This document shows positions 8,355 to 17,854 of a stretch of 43,428 bases of DNA, piece after piece. How positions within the stretch are numbered: position 1 is the stretch's first letter; each line of letters starts with the position of its first letter. Below the pieces are notes generated by a model. The model did not search any database. It had not been told where the DNA came from and saw only the letters and a list, made by a program, of their open reading frames with translations. Origin of the DNA: a candidate division WWE3 bacterium RAAC2_WWE3_1. Its GTDB lineage: Bacteria; Patescibacteriota; WWE3; UBA101185; UBA10185. The DNA lies in contig CP006914.1 of NCBI GenBank assembly GCA_000503835.1, positions 111,790 through 155,217 on the forward strand, written 5' to 3'. Position numbers and translations under genes: made by a program.

Positions 8355-9490
8355 AAATACTAATGTTGGGAAGATACCATTTAATGGAGCACGGCGGGGG
8401 AGATAAAGTGCAAATAGAGAACACCGCGCGGGAACTAAGGGAGCTGGGTGTCGATGTTGAAATCAAAACAGACGAAGATTTTATTCCCCAAAACTATGAT
8501 CTTATTCACATATTTCAACTGGATTGGACACCCGAGACCTATTTATACGCCAAAAAAGCTCATGAAGCCGGAAAACCGATAATTTTGTCGCCGATCCACC
8601 ACAGCATCAAGGAGGTGAAAAGGTTCGACGACGAATACGTGTTCGATTTCCGAAGACTTTCAAAGGTTATTTTTGGCAACCAGTTTCACCGCGACACATT
8701 TAAAAATGTTTACAGATCATTAGCCGACCCAAAAAAAATTAAACCCACCATTTTAAGCGTTACACACGGTTTTCAAAAAATGCAGAAAGAAGTCTTGGAG
8801 ATGTCGCAGAAAGTTTTGGTTCAGACCGACCTCGAAACGAAAGATTTGGAAGACACGTTCGGTGTGAAAATAGATGCAGTAAAAGTTCCTAATGGGGTTA
8901 GCAGAAACTTTATTGAACAGGACGCCGGGGCTGAAAAAAGAAATCCCCTCAACTTAAGTGATTACATTATTTGCGTAGGACGTATCGAACCGAGAAAAAA
9001 CCAATTGAAGATAATTGAGGCTGTCGAAAAACTTAGGAATGAAACAGGAGAAGATCTGCAGTTGGTTTTTATCGGAGTATCTGCCGGATTGAAACATTTT
9101 GAGTATGGAAGTATGTTCAATAAAAGAAAAGCCGAAAATGCCTGGATCCACCACATTGAGAAAGTTCCCTATTCGGAAATGCCCGATTACTACCGAAACG
9201 CTAAGGTAGGTGTAAGCGCGAGTTGGTTCGAGACCACCGGTCTGACAAGCCTTGAGGCCCTTTTTTGCGGTACAAACGCCGTAGCTTCAGGCGAAAGAGC
9301 CCGGGAGTATCTCAAAGATTATGCGTCATACTGCGACCCGGGTAGTATAGATTCTATAGCGGACGCAATAAAAACCCAGCTAAAGGCTCCAGGACCTCAA
9401 ATTGCCCCTGAATTGAGAGAAGAATATACTTGGGAAAAAGCCGCGGCGAAGACGCTGGCCGTTTATGAAGAGGTATTGAACAAATGGTAG
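8351..9490 (+). CDS. glycosyltransferase family 4
   Basis: Motifs GGGDKVQ, VGRIEPRKNQ and FETTGLTSLEA. ATGA overlap with the upstream gene. Confidence 0.9.
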   Translation: MKILMLGRYHLMEHGGGDKVQIENTARELRELGVDVEIKTDEDFIPQNYDLIHIFQLDWTPETYLYAKKAHEAGKPIILSPIHHSIKEVKRFDDEYVFDFRRLSKVIFGNQFHRDTFKNVYRSLADPKKIKPTILSVTHGFQKMQKEVLEMSQKVLVQTDLETKDLEDTFGVKIDAVKVPNGVSRNFIEQDAGAEKRNPLNLSDYIICVGRIEPRKNQLKIIEAVEKLRNETGEDLQLVFIGVSAGLKHFEYGSMFNKRKAENAWIHHIEKVPYSEMPDYYRNAKVGVSASWFETTGLTSLEALFCGTNAVASGERAREYLKDYASYCDPGSIDSIADAIKTQLKAPGPQIAPELREEYTWEKAAAKTLAVYEEVLNKW

Positions 9491-12354
9491 AAATTGCAGT
9501 AATAGCAACAATTTGTATTCTTTCATACGTACTAATACTGCGTAATCTGGATTTTGCAGTGTACGTTCTCATTCTGCTTTCCGTTCTTCTGCATAAAGAG
9601 CTTTTCAGTTTTTACAGATGGGATTTGATGCCGATCCGCGCTTTTATGCTGGCGCTTCTCGCCGCGGTCTTAACCAAAATTGTCATGTGGCTGATAAAAG
9701 ACAGAAACTTTTCCGTGCTTTTTTCCAAACTAAGAGATCCTGTTGTGGTATCGATAGTTCTGTTGTGGGTTGTGCGTTTGATATCAATAGTAAATTCGAA
9801 GAACATCCAGTCCTCCGTATTTTTGATGGGATTTTTCACGACATCGACCGCGATGTTCCTGCTCCTCTATTTCACGTACAAAAACCGACCTGACCGGGTA
9901 TTAAAATATCTTCGTTTTTACATTTACACGGTGTTTACACTCACTCTGTTCGGCTGGTTCCAATTTTATTTGTATCAGACGACCGGTGTGATTATAGGAG
10001 CTTTGTGGAATATTCCCGGGAACCTGCCCCGTGTGGGAGCGACTTTTTGGGATGTAAACCATTACGGCGCACTATTGTCGGCGCTTTTGCCTCTTCTTGG
10101 GGTCTTAATAATTATGGGAAAGAGTCTAAAGGGTAGGGCTGTCGATGTTTTGATGTTTATCTCCATGCTGGCCGCGCTTTTACTTACGAATAGCCGTACG
10201 GCGTGGATAATGGCAGGCGTGACCTTTTTGGTTTTTGTTTCTACCCTTATATTCCGGAAGATTGGTTCCAAAGGTGTTTTATATCTTTTTATCGCACTGG
10301 TTGTAATATCCGTACCGTTCATAAGGGAATACAGTATAAAATCCAGTCCGTTCAGGGCACAGATCAAGCAGTATTTTCATTACCGCATGGACTCTTTCGA
10401 CTCCCATTTCATGCTTATAACAGGAACCGTACAGATTTTTGAGAAATATCCTTTGATCGGGGGAGGGTATGGGTCTTTCTTCGAGCATTTTAGCAGTACA
10501 AAGATTGCACCGACCTTTTTTGGCCGCGATCCTGCCGCCCTGAACACAAGAGTTCCCGCGCACACCATATGGGGTGAACTTATAGCGGAAACGGGTATTT
10601 TAGGATTAACGACATTCAGCGTCTTTGTATTTTCCATGCTGGCCGCGCTTTTATACGGAGCTTTAAAACTCGAAAAAAAGAAAGAATTTTTAATCAGCGC
10701 GGTCTTTTTTGCAACAATTGTCGGCTGGCTCATTGCGGGAATTTTTTATTCTTACAGTTCGGAATTTTTCTGGATAATTTTTTCTTTTATAGCCGCGTGG
10801 GGTGCAGGCACAGTATATGAAAAATACGGCAGAAATATTGTCTTTTCATACTTTTTCCGATCAGAAAAGATAGTTCCGCTTGTTTTGGCAGGTCTCGCCA
10901 TTATTTTAATATTTTCCGGGCTGGGAAAGAACCACCTTATTCCTTACGACGAAGCGATATACGCTAAGATAGCTAAAAATATGGTCACTTCCGGTGAATA
11001 TTTGGTACAGGAATGGAAACCTCTGAGTGTCTGGTACGAAAAACCGCCTTTATATATGTGGCTCGTGTCGTTATTTATGTCCCTCTTTGGGGCAACTCCC
11101 TTTGCGGCCAGACTGCCGAGTGCCGTAATGGGGTTTCTTACCGTGATGATGGTTTACTTTGCCGGTAAAAAAATGTTTAACAAGACGACCGGCTTTTTAT
11201 CTGCCCTAGCCCTGCTAACAACCACTCAGTATCTGTATTATTCGCGTGCGGCCATGACGGATGTAACCGCCACCTTTTTTATATCGGCCTCTCTCTTTGC
11301 TTACATATTTATCAGAGGAAAGAAAAAGAGTTTCTTATGGCTGTTTCCCGGATTTTTCGCGGGGTTTGCAGTCATGACAAAAGGTGTGGTAGGACTTCTT
11401 CCGTTCCCGGCAATAATTTTATGTGAACTGTACCTTTTATTGACAGGTCAGTCCAAATTTTCAGCTAAAGCCATAAAACCCCTTATACTTACACTTCTGG
11501 GATGGGCTGTGGTTGCACTGCCCTGGCATATTTACACATACAAAATGTTCGGCACGGCATTTTTAGATCAGTACCTCGGATATCACGTTTGGGACAGGGC
11601 AGTTACGGCCATAGAAGATAAAGGAAGGCCGTTCTTCTGGTACGTAACCGTTCTGAAAGTAAGTATGCGGCTCTGGTTTGTAGTTCTATTAGCTGCCTTG
11701 CCCGCTGCCGTATACAAGGTTTTCAAAAAAAGACGTGTTTATGTATTTCTGCTTGTCTGGGCTCTTTTTGTCTTCTTTTTCTTTTCGTCGGCCAAATCCA
11801 AATTGGTCTGGTATGTGATGCCGATGTATCCCCCGCTCGCGTTGATTGTCGGTTCTTTTATTGATAAAACCCTAAATTATTTTATGAGACGGTTTAGGAA
11901 ATTCGATACTTTGTGGTTTAAAGCAACAACGGTTTTTTTAGTCACGGCTGTATCCCTGTCGTATCTTTTTTACTACAGGGAACTTGTTTACACTTCGGAT
12001 CTTACCGGTGCCGAAGCCGAACTATTGATTTCTAAGGACGCGCGTTTCGGAATTAAAACCAAGGTTTACATTGACCGTATGGATATTCCGCTGGCGATGT
12101 ATTACACCGACGGTTCTTTCAACATTCTGGACTTTAGAGCCGACAGGTACGATCGTGTGCCCATACCTGTGTACGATCAGCCGACCGTACTTCTTACGAA
12201 AAAAGGCAGGTTTAGTGAAAACGTTGTCGGGTTTAATTACAAACCGGTCGTCGTTGAAGAACGGGGCGACTGGGTACTTTGGTATTTTATATCTCAGAAG
12301 GAATATGATTCCCGGACAGTACCCCCGGCTGTTCCGGTAGTGGCGAACCCCTGA
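9484..12354 (+). CDS. fusion of an N-terminal O-antigen ligase/Wzy_C-like domain and a C-terminal ArnT/PMT-2 (GT83/GT39-like) domain
   Basis: N-half motifs: RVGATFWDVNHYG, LTNSRTAW, HTIWGELIAETGILG. C-half motifs: YDEAIYAKIAKNM, EKPPLYMWL, AARLPSA, MTKG. 956 aa with more than 20 hydrophobic segments. Confidence 0.8.
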   Translation: MVEIAVIATICILSYVLILRNLDFAVYVLILLSVLLHKELFSFYRWDLMPIRAFMLALLAAVLTKIVMWLIKDRNFSVLFSKLRDPVVVSIVLLWVVRLISIVNSKNIQSSVFLMGFFTTSTAMFLLLYFTYKNRPDRVLKYLRFYIYTVFTLTLFGWFQFYLYQTTGVIIGALWNIPGNLPRVGATFWDVNHYGALLSALLPLLGVLIIMGKSLKGRAVDVLMFISMLAALLLTNSRTAWIMAGVTFLVFVSTLIFRKIGSKGVLYLFIALVVISVPFIREYSIKSSPFRAQIKQYFHYRMDSFDSHFMLITGTVQIFEKYPLIGGGYGSFFEHFSSTKIAPTFFGRDPAALNTRVPAHTIWGELIAETGILGLTTFSVFVFSMLAALLYGALKLEKKKEFLISAVFFATIVGWLIAGIFYSYSSEFFWIIFSFIAAWGAGTVYEKYGRNIVFSYFFRSEKIVPLVLAGLAIILIFSGLGKNHLIPYDEAIYAKIAKNMVTSGEYLVQEWKPLSVWYEKPPLYMWLVSLFMSLFGATPFAARLPSAVMGFLTVMMVYFAGKKMFNKTTGFLSALALLTTTQYLYYSRAAMTDVTATFFISASLFAYIFIRGKKKSFLWLFPGFFAGFAVMTKGVVGLLPFPAIILCELYLLLTGQSKFSAKAIKPLILTLLGWAVVALPWHIYTYKMFGTAFLDQYLGYHVWDRAVTAIEDKGRPFFWYVTVLKVSMRLWFVVLLAALPAAVYKVFKKRRVYVFLLVWALFVFFFFSSAKSKLVWYVMPMYPPLALIVGSFIDKTLNYFMRRFRKFDTLWFKATTVFLVTAVSLSYLFYYRELVYTSDLTGAEAELLISKDARFGIKTKVYIDRMDIPLAMYYTDGSFNILDFRADRYDRVPIPVYDQPTVLLTKKGRFSENVVGFNYKPVVVEERGDWVLWYFISQKEYDSRTVPPAVPVVANP

Positions 12355-13540
12355 AACGGGAGATAAAATACACTACTGTTACTAAACCTGCTATGGCCGA
12401 GACAAGATTAGACCATGCAATTCCGTATAAGGATAAACTTGGCACAAGAATTAATGCTGTCAGACCGTACGCGGAAAGTTTCACAACAGTAGCGGCGATA
12501 ATATACCCGGTTTTACTTTCGACAAAGAAAAGATTTTCTATAAAAGTGTGAATAGCTGAAACAGCCGCGGCAAGAATTAAAATATCCAGCAGTTTTACGG
12601 ACCCGGAAAATTTTTCTCCGAAAATTGTAGTTATAAAAAGTTCCGAACCGGCGATAGCTACCACCGCCAAGGCAAGAATACCGCCGGCTATCAATGTTGT
12701 TTCTTTATAGTCGTAATTTGTTCCGGTCAATTTACGTGTGGCGTTTTTGGGCAGTAATACGGCAAAAACCGATAGCGACGCAAGCGAGAATAAGTTTGAA
12801 ATTTTGTTAGCCAGGGAAAGTATGCCCACGTCGCCGAATCCTTTTGTGATTTTTGCAATTGCGTTGTTGAGAGTTCCCCAGCTTTCGTAGACTATTTGAG
12901 AAACGCCGGCCGGTGAGGATTCTTTGAAAAGTTTGCGGACTCCCTGGAAATTGAAGATAAACTTTTTGTTCTCGGTGGGCAAAAAGAAATATAAGAATAT
13001 TCCGGCAAAGATAGTCAATGAAAAAACACCGAAAGCTAAATTTAAGCTGGGTGTAACGATTGCCGTGAAAAAAAGTAATGCGAAAACACCTTTGACCAAT
13101 TGCGGAATTGTATTTAAAAGAACCATCCCGGCATATTTTTCCGCTCTCTGGAAGTATGCATAAAAAAGGTAGTTCATCGTGTATGCAAGAATTCCGAGAA
13201 TAAATATTGTGGCGGTTGTTCCGTCAAATATATTTAATAATTTTAAGCTGATTAATGAAACGGGAACCGAAACCAAAAACTGCAAAACTTTGAGTGTAAA
13301 AAGTGTGCTGGAGAGCTCGGCGTTCTGTTCTTTTATCGATCTTGCCACATAGACCGAATTTGCCCCAAAATCCACTATTTTTGAAATGGTAAGAAGGAGC
13401 GTAGACAAAAGTGCATACTTGCCGAATGTTTCCAGATCAAGGGTGCGCGCCACTGCGGTTAGGAACAGGAAGCCAAGCCCGGCGTTAAATATATTTCCGA
13501 GACCTACAAATGAGATCTTTCTTAAGGATTTAGTCGGCAC
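12287..13540 (-). CDS. Wzx-type oligosaccharide flippase (MOP superfamily)
   Basis: N-terminal pattern VARTLDLETFGKYAL...DFG, about 12 TM segments, 417 aa. Confidence 0.85.
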   Translation of the reverse strand: MPTKSLRKISFVGLGNIFNAGLGFLFLTAVARTLDLETFGKYALLSTLLLTISKIVDFGANSVYVARSIKEQNAELSSTLFTLKVLQFLVSVPVSLISLKLLNIFDGTTATIFILGILAYTMNYLFYAYFQRAEKYAGMVLLNTIPQLVKGVFALLFFTAIVTPSLNLAFGVFSLTIFAGIFLYFFLPTENKKFIFNFQGVRKLFKESSPAGVSQIVYESWGTLNNAIAKITKGFGDVGILSLANKISNLFSLASLSVFAVLLPKNATRKLTGTNYDYKETTLIAGGILALAVVAIAGSELFITTIFGEKFSGSVKLLDILILAAAVSAIHTFIENLFFVESKTGYIIAATVVKLSAYGLTALILVPSLSLYGIAWSNLVSAIAGLVTVVYFISRFRGSPLPEQPGVLSGNHIPSEI

Positions 13541-13568
13541 AATCTTATATTATCATTTTGGTGCGGGA

Positions 13569-14459
13569 TTAGAACGAGAGCTTGGTCAGGGCGTCGTCTA
13601 TGTTTTCCTTCCAGGTGCCGAACTTAACATTAAGCGTGTTTTCCGTGTATTCTGTATTTAAATTTATGTAAAGAGGCCGGGGAATTCCTGATTTTTGTGA
13701 AAACTCTTTTAGTGAACCGGGTTTAAGTATTGAGACATCGCGCCCGGACTTTTCCAGTAAATACCCGGCGAAATCAAAATGCGAGACAGGCTTGTGTGAA
13801 GCAACGTGAAAAACTCCTGTGCGGTGTCCTTCAATAATTTTATCGAGGCTTTCGGAGAGATCATTTATGTAGGTCGGCGTTATAGTATTGTCTGCAAACA
13901 TCGGATACAAACTATTCGTATTGTACAAATGGAAGATTGTATGAAGCACGTCTTTTTTTGTGTGGGCAGGTCCGGCGAACGGATAAGCAATCCGTACTAT
14001 CGTAGAGTCACCATTCGACTTTATTAATGCCGTCTCACCCTCAAGCTTCGTTATTCCGTACCAACTTATTTTTTTATAATCAGAGCTGTAATTTTCATTT
14101 TCGTAGTACATTTCTGCGGGACTGCTTTTTCCCGGAAATATCAGGTCCGTACTTATTTGAATCAGAAAAATACCCTTCTTTTTACAGATTTTCGCAAGGT
14201 TATTTACTCCCCCGACATTTGTTTTCCAAACCGTACCGTCTTTATCATTCCTTTGGGTTTCGGCATTTTTGGTATCGGTGTAGGCGGCAAAATTTATTAT
14301 GCACTTTGGGCTTGTCTCGGAAATATAATTTTCCACCTGTACCGGATTGGTAATATCCATTTCTGTTTCGTCGGGACAGATAAAGTTGTGTGTCCTCTGT
14401 GAGTAATTTATATAGTGTGTACCGACGAGTCCGCCGGCTCCGGTGACTAAAATTCTCAT
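13569..14459 (-). CDS. rmlD: dTDP-4-dehydrorhamnose reductase
   Basis: Motifs GAGGLVG, NFAAYTD, ISTD, YGITK (YxxxK) and TPTY. Confidence 0.88.
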   Translation of the reverse strand: MRILVTGAGGLVGTHYINYSQRTHNFICPDETEMDITNPVQVENYISETSPKCIINFAAYTDTKNAETQRNDKDGTVWKTNVGGVNNLAKICKKKGIFLIQISTDLIFPGKSSPAEMYYENENYSSDYKKISWYGITKLEGETALIKSNGDSTIVRIAYPFAGPAHTKKDVLHTIFHLYNTNSLYPMFADNTITPTYINDLSESLDKIIEGHRTGVFHVASHKPVSHFDFAGYLLEKSGRDVSILKPGSLKEFSQKSGIPRPLYINLNTEYTENTLNVKFGTWKENIDDALTKLSF

Positions 14460-14511
14460 ATAATTGGAATTTTACATTAATCTGCGTGTATATACATTTC
14501 AGTTCTGATGT

Positions 14512-14545
14512 TTGAAGGATAGTTGAAACAATGGTAAACTATCCT
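14512..14545 (+). promoter_or_regulatory. rmlA promoter overlapped by a perfect 9-bp inverted repeat
   Basis: TTGAAG (14512-14517), 17 nt, then TAAACT (14535-14540) with TGn. Inverted repeat AGGATAGTT (14516-14524) / AACTATCCT (14537-14545). Confidence 0.5.
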
Positions 14546-14564
14546 GTAGTTCGCCCAAACCTAT

Positions 14565-15299
14565 ATGAAAGGCATAATTCTAGCCGGAGGATTAGGTTCA
14601 CGCCTTTACCCTCTGACCTACGCAACAAATAAGCACCTTCTCCCGATATACGATAAACCGATGATATTTTATCCCATCCGGACTTTAGTAAAGGCCGGCA
14701 TAAAGGAAATTATGATAGTTGTCGGAGGACCGCACGCCGGTCATTTTATTTCTGTCCTGAAAAACGGAATAGATTTTGGGATTAAGCATCTGGAGTTCGC
14801 GTTTCAGGATACGGTTGACCATAAAGGAAAAAAGATTGAAGGCGGGATATCCCATGCCCTATCTTTGTGTGAGGATTTTGCGGATAACTCGTCGGTAGCG
14901 GTCATACTTGGTGATAATACAACCGACGCCGACATGTCCGCCGCGGTAAAAGAGTTTACTGACGGCGCCACGATATTTCTTAAAAGAGTTTCGGATCCGA
15001 ACAGATACGGTGTTCCCGTATTTAACGGTAAAAAAATAATTTTGATTGAAGAAAAACCGCGGAAACCAAAATCAGATTACGCGGTAACAGGGTTGTATCT
15101 TTACGACAACACGGTTTTTAAAAGAATAAAAACCCTGAAACCTTCATTGAGAGGTGAGCTTGAGATTACTGATCTGAATAATTCTTATATTAAAGACGGT
15201 AAACTTAACTGGGCGAAATTGTCGGGATTTTGGACAGACGCAGGTACCTACGATAGTTTATTTATTGCCAGCGAATATTGGGCCAAAAAACATTTATGA
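14565..15299 (+). CDS. rmlA: glucose-1-phosphate thymidylyltransferase (short SpsI-like form)
   Basis: Motifs MKGIILAGGLGSRLYPLT, NKHLLPIYDKPMIFYP, LGDN, EEKP, RGELEITD and WTDAGT. Confidence 0.93.
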   Translation: MKGIILAGGLGSRLYPLTYATNKHLLPIYDKPMIFYPIRTLVKAGIKEIMIVVGGPHAGHFISVLKNGIDFGIKHLEFAFQDTVDHKGKKIEGGISHALSLCEDFADNSSVAVILGDNTTDADMSAAVKEFTDGATIFLKRVSDPNRYGVPVFNGKKIILIEEKPRKPKSDYAVTGLYLYDNTVFKRIKTLKPSLRGELEITDLNNSYIKDGKLNWAKLSGFWTDAGTYDSLFIASEYWAKKHL

Positions 15300-16321
15300 A
15301 AATACTTATAACAGGAGGATGCGGCTTTATCGGATCTAATTTTGTCAGATTTTGGAGTAAGAAGTACCCGAAAGATGAAATAGTGGTATTGGATAAACTT
15401 ACTTACGCCGGTCACAAAGAAAATCTGAAGGGCGTAGAGCATGTGTTTATTAAAGGTGACATTTGCGACGCATCTGCCGTGAAAAAAGCCATGAAAAGCG
15501 CGGACGTGGTCGTTCATTTTGCCGCCGAATCCCATGTTGATCGCAGTATTATGGAACCGGGCGTGTTCATGCAGACTAATGTGATAGGAACTCATATCTT
15601 ACTTGAAGAGGCTTTGAGACAAAAAGTGAAACTTTTTCATCATGTTTCGACAGATGAAGTTTTCGGTTCCCTTCCGGTCGATAGACCCGACCTTCGTTTT
15701 AACGAGTCAACAAATTATTCTCCCAACAGCCCGTATTCTGCCTCCAAGGCAGCTTCGGATCACCTTGTCCGTGCGTACCATAAAACTTTCGGACTTCCGG
15801 TAACAATTACGAATACCTCAAATAACTATGGACCGTATCAGGATCCTGAAAAATTGATACCGAGATTTATTACCGGTCTTATTGAAGGAAAAAAAGTTCC
15901 TCTCATGGGAAACGGAGAGAATGTTCGTGACTGGTGTTATGTAGAAGACCACTGTACCGCTATGGATGCAGTTATCGGCAGTGCCCTGAAAGATAAAAAA
16001 ATACTCGGGGAAACGTTCTGTGTGGGCGGAGATTCTGAAAAGACCAATTTAGAAACGACAAATATCCTTTTAAAGATTTTTGCCAAGGACAGTTCGTGGA
16101 TAGAAAAAATTCCCCACCGTCTGGGGCATGATGAAAGATACGCGATTGACTCCTCTAAGATTAAAAAAGTTCTTGGATGGGAACCGGCAAATAATTTTGA
16201 AAAAAGTCTTGTCGAAACCGTCAGGTGGTACAAGGACAACGAGTGGTGGTGGAAACCATTGAAAGAGGGACGTCCGCTGATCGATCCTGATGTACAATTG
16301 AAGCGTGCAAACAGTGTCTGA
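15296..16321 (+). CDS. rmlB: dTDP-glucose 4,6-dehydratase
   Basis: Motifs TGGCGFIGSN, DKLTYAG, FAAESHVDRSI, STDEV and SPYSASKA. Start at 15296 gives an ATGA overlap with rmlA. Confidence 0.95.
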   Translation: MKILITGGCGFIGSNFVRFWSKKYPKDEIVVLDKLTYAGHKENLKGVEHVFIKGDICDASAVKKAMKSADVVVHFAAESHVDRSIMEPGVFMQTNVIGTHILLEEALRQKVKLFHHVSTDEVFGSLPVDRPDLRFNESTNYSPNSPYSASKAASDHLVRAYHKTFGLPVTITNTSNNYGPYQDPEKLIPRFITGLIEGKKVPLMGNGENVRDWCYVEDHCTAMDAVIGSALKDKKILGETFCVGGDSEKTNLETTNILLKIFAKDSSWIEKIPHRLGHDERYAIDSSKIKKVLGWEPANNFEKSLVETVRWYKDNEWWWKPLKEGRPLIDPDVQLKRANSV

Positions 16322-16901
16322 AACAATCACAACACCTGCGGACATAGAAGGTCTCCTGGTTATTGAGAGACCTACGATTCCTGATGAGCGGGGTTTTTTC
16401 CGCGAGGTACTTGAGAAAAGGGATATCGAGAAAGCCACGGGAAAAAAGCTCGAAATAGTGCAGTGGAATCACTCCCGTTCCCGACCCGGCGTTATTAGGG
16501 GGATTCACGCCGAACCCTGGGATAAGATTGTTTACTGTGTTCGCGGTTCGGTGCTGTCTGTTGTTGTAGATCTGAGGACCGAATCTGTCACTTTCGGCAA
16601 GGTCTTTTCTAAAGAGCTCGGCGAAGATAGTTTGTGTGCGTTATATATTCCTCAGGGCGTAGCTAACTCATTTTGCGTAGCAGGTTCAGAACCGGCGGAT
16701 TACAGCTATTTGGTAACTGCCTACTATGAAGGCAAACCGACCCCCGCTATTTTCTGGAACGACCCTTTAGTTACAAAACAATTCGGCGGCTGGCCGGTAA
16801 AAGACCCCATTATAAGCGAAAAAGATAAGAATTACCCGACCCTGAAAGAAAAGTTCGGCGGCGAAGTTGATTTTTCCAAATACCCGTGGCTTAACTTATG
16901 A
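16305..16901 (+). CDS. rmlC: dTDP-4-dehydrorhamnose 3,5-epimerase
   Basis: Motifs DERGFFRE, GVIRGIH, VVVDLR, LYIPQGVANSF and SEKD. Confidence 0.92.
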   Translation: MQTVSETITTPADIEGLLVIERPTIPDERGFFREVLEKRDIEKATGKKLEIVQWNHSRSRPGVIRGIHAEPWDKIVYCVRGSVLSVVVDLRTESVTFGKVFSKELGEDSLCALYIPQGVANSFCVAGSEPADYSYLVTAYYEGKPTPAIFWNDPLVTKQFGGWPVKDPIISEKDKNYPTLKEKFGGEVDFSKYPWLNL

Positions 16902-17854
16902 AAAAAGTATCCGTGCTGATCGCAAATAACAACACCAGGGATGTTTTGAAATTGTGTCTGGAAAACCTGAAAGACAGTTATGAAAATTTGGAAGTTGTTG
17001 TCGCGGACACCGATTCTTCCGACGGTTCCGCTGAAATGGTCGGGAAAGAGTTCTCCTGGGTAAAATTATTAAAACTTCCCAATAACGGGCTCGCCTTTGC
17101 TTTAAATAAATGTTTTGAAGCCGCCACCGGAGACTACTATCTGTATTTAGGTACTGACGCTTTTCCAAAAGAAGGCACAATAAAGGGACTTGTTGATTAT
17201 TTTGAGGAGCTGTCTCACGCTGACGTTGGCGCGGCCACTGTAAAACTTTTGTTACGAGGCGGGGCTCAGGACATGGACGGGCACCGGGGGTTTCCCACTC
17301 CATTTGTCTCGATGTTCCACTTTTTAGGTTTGGATAAACTTTTCCCCAAATCAAAAACGTTCGCCCGTTACTTTATGACTTACGAAGATCCCGAAAAAGA
17401 ACACGAGATAGATACCTGCATAACCCACTTTTTGTTTGTCCCGGCAAAAGTGACCCGGAAGGTCGGAAGATGGGATGATAAAACGTTCTTTTTATATGGA
17501 GAAGACATCGATTATTGCTTCAGAATTAAAGAGGCAGGTTTCAAAATCATGTATCTTCCTCAATTCCGCGCAGAACATTGGAAGGGTGTGACGATCGGCA
17601 TAAGAAAGGAATCGCAGGATGTGGCGATGAGAGTGCCCATTGTAAAATTCCGTGACCGGGAGCTGACTCTGGGAAAATTTCGTGTCGAACTTCAAAGATT
17701 ATCTACCGATGCCATGGAGCTGTTCTACAGAAAACATTACAGCAATAAATACCCATTAATCGTCGGTTTGTTCGTCGTCGCCACGATAAGAATATTTAAG
17801 GCCTACCGCGTAAATAAGCAAAGATATATAAATTGGAGGAAAGGTTTGAAGTGA
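16898..17854 (+). CDS. glycosyltransferase family 2 (WbbL-like, probable rhamnosyltransferase)
   Basis: Motifs SSDGS, LGTD and FFLYGEDIDYCFR. Directly follows rmlABC. Confidence 0.85.
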   Translation: MKKVSVLIANNNTRDVLKLCLENLKDSYENLEVVVADTDSSDGSAEMVGKEFSWVKLLKLPNNGLAFALNKCFEAATGDYYLYLGTDAFPKEGTIKGLVDYFEELSHADVGAATVKLLLRGGAQDMDGHRGFPTPFVSMFHFLGLDKLFPKSKTFARYFMTYEDPEKEHEIDTCITHFLFVPAKVTRKVGRWDDKTFFLYGEDIDYCFRIKEAGFKIMYLPQFRAEHWKGVTIGIRKESQDVAMRVPIVKFRDRELTLGKFRVELQRLSTDAMELFYRKHYSNKYPLIVGLFVVATIRIFKAYRVNKQRYINWRKGLK

